This document shows positions 62,101 through 64,000 of a stretch of 64,000 nt of DNA, one piece after another. Source of the stretch: Haplodiscus bocki. Lineage: Eukaryota. Positions within the stretch are counted from its first letter, which is position 1. Every line of letters begins with the position of its first letter. The notes below the pieces were generated by a model. The model saw only the letters and a list, made by a program, of their open reading frames with translations, had not been told where the DNA came from and did no database searches. The stretch lies in contig OZ296650.1 in assembly GCA_965655095.1 (NCBI GenBank), positions 28,148,001-28,212,000 of the forward strand, written 5' to 3'. A program made the translations under genes and the position numbers.

Positions 62101-64000
62101 TTTAGTTACAACCAAAGAAAAAAGCAAAGCAGAGCTCAAACAGACATTTTTGGAACGTACTCAACGTCTTTTTGGAAACTTGGTGTTTTGCTTTCGGTGA
62201 AATTGGCCAATATTTTTCGGAAGGTTTGTGCGAAAATCATCAAAACAATTGCACACAATACAAAACGACGAAGACCACGTTTCCGAAAAAATCAAAAGCT
62301 GTTTTTATAAGTATTCGGTATCGCAAGACATCTCAAACGCAGGATGTAAAGAGCCAAAGTACCAAACGTAGCCTTCAAAAACTAGCGCAGGCAAAACCCA
62401 ACACTGCAGTCGAACAAAAATAGGTATTAATTCACGAACATTAATCTATCGAACTTCTCACAACACCTTTTTCAATCACCGCTAGAGAAACAAGCCAAGC
62501 ACAGCTCAAAGCGAAGACTTTGGGCCGCCCTCAACGTCATTTTAAGAGGAATGTTAACTGGTTTTGGTGACATTGGCCGACATTTTTCAAAGATTTGTAC
62601 AGAAACTTTCAAAAGGAATGTACACAATCCAAAACGACGAAGACCACGTTTCCAAAAAATGAAGAACTGTTTTTTTAACAATTGGTACTGTATATCTCAA
62701 ATACACGACTTAAAACCCATTATCAAACGAAGCTTTCGACAACCAGCGCAGCCCAAACGTGACTCTGCATTTGAAGAAAAAACACGCATTGTTTCAAGCA
62801 GAGAGATCTGAGGAAGTTTTCAAAACAGATTTTATAGTTACCACCAAAGAAACAAGCCCAGCAGAGCTCAAAAAAACATTTTTGGAACGTACTCAACGTC
62901 GTTTTGGAAGGTTTCTATTTTGCTCAAGAAACAAAAGCTGTTTTTATAAGTATTCGATAGCACAAGACATCTCAAACGCAGGATGTAAAGAGCCAAAGTA
63001 CCAAACGTAGCCTTCGAAGTCTGGCGCAGCCGAAACTTGACTCTGCATTCGAACAAAAAACACGTATTGTTCCAAGTAGAGAGATCTGAGGAAGTTCTCG
63101 AAACATTTTTTTGGAACGTACTCAACGTCTTTTTGGAAATTTTGTGTTTTGCTTTCGGTGAAATTGGCCAATATTTTTCGGAAGGTTTGTGCGAAAATCA
63201 TCAAAACAATTGCACACAATACAAAACGACGGAGACCACGTTTCCGAAAAAAATCAAAAGCTGTTTTTTTAAGTATTCGGTATCGCAAGACATCTCAAAC
63301 GCAGGATGTAAAGAGCCAAAGTACCAAACGTAGCGTTCGAAAACTAGCGCAGCCAAAACGTGACTCTGCATTTGAACCAGAAACACGTATTGTTTCAAGT
63401 GGAGAGATCTGAGGAAGTTCTCAAAACAGCTTTTTTAGTTACAACCAAAGCAACAAGCCCACCAGAGCTCAAACAGACATTTTTGGAACGTACTCAACGT
63501 CGTTTTGGAAAGTTTCTGTTTTGCTCAAGAAACAAGAGCTGTTTTTATAAGTATTCGATATCACAAGACATCTCAAACGCAGGATGTAAAGAGCCAAAGT
63601 ACCGAACCTAGCCTTCGAAAACTGGCGCAGCCGAAACGCGACTCTGCATTTGAACAAAGAACACGTATTGTTCCAAGTAGAGAGACCTCAGGAAGTTATC
63701 AAAACATATTTTTAGTTAGATCCAAAGTAAGAAGCAAAGCAGAGCTCAAACAGACATTTTTGGAACGTACTCAGCGTCGTTTTGGAAAGTTTCTATTTTG
63801 CTCAAGAAACAAAAGCTGTTTTTATAAGTATTCGATATCCCAAGACATCTCAGACGCAAGATGTAAAGAGCGAAAGTACCAAACGTAGCCTTCGAAAACT
63901 AACGCAGCCGAAACGCGACTCTGCATTTGAACAAAGAACACGTATTGTTCCAAGTAGAGAGACCTCAGGAAGTTATCAAAACATGTTTTTTAGTTACAAC
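59105..64000. repeat. complex higher-order satellite of ~277-bp and ~370-bp related monomers, open at the window end
   Basis: gacatctca(a/g)acgca anchor at 59651, 60303, 60673, 61313, 61681, 61956, 62327, 62966, 63289, 63567, 63844. Confidence 0.97.

Noticed and set aside
59117-63888. Numerous ORFs up to 192 aa
   Set aside because: They are translations of satellite monomers in shifting frames.

Overview
AT-rich eukaryotic (most likely invertebrate animal) genomic DNA with two N-gaps, made almost entirely of decayed mobile DNA and young tandem arrays. Host-gene signal is limited to one clear spliced exon of mitochondrial complex I subunit NDUFS4 (45142-45317, +) and one probable orphan coding exon (7292-7600, -). 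Fossil elements include RTE- and CR1/L2-type LINEs, a BEL/Pao-like remnant and a long-TIR element. There are two differently organised, pseudogenised Polinton/Maverick proviruses: about 10.6-19.8 kb (INT, mCP, small core-like ORF, MCP, protease, ATPase and pPolB all on the minus strand) and about 48-55 kb (convergent capsid and ATPase/protease/pPolB modules), plus a third pPolB fragment. Young structures are a 5.5-copy 1374-bp macrosatellite apparently built from a dead Tc1-like transposase, two palindrome-rich minisatellites, and a higher-order 277/370-bp satellite running off the right edge. The most unusual feature is a ~2-kb non-autonomous Helentron/HINE-type element carrying seven tRNA-Ile-derived genes that all have the non-canonical anticodon AAA. 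Family calls come from motif recognition by eye in frameshifted sequence, so fossil boundaries are approximate.
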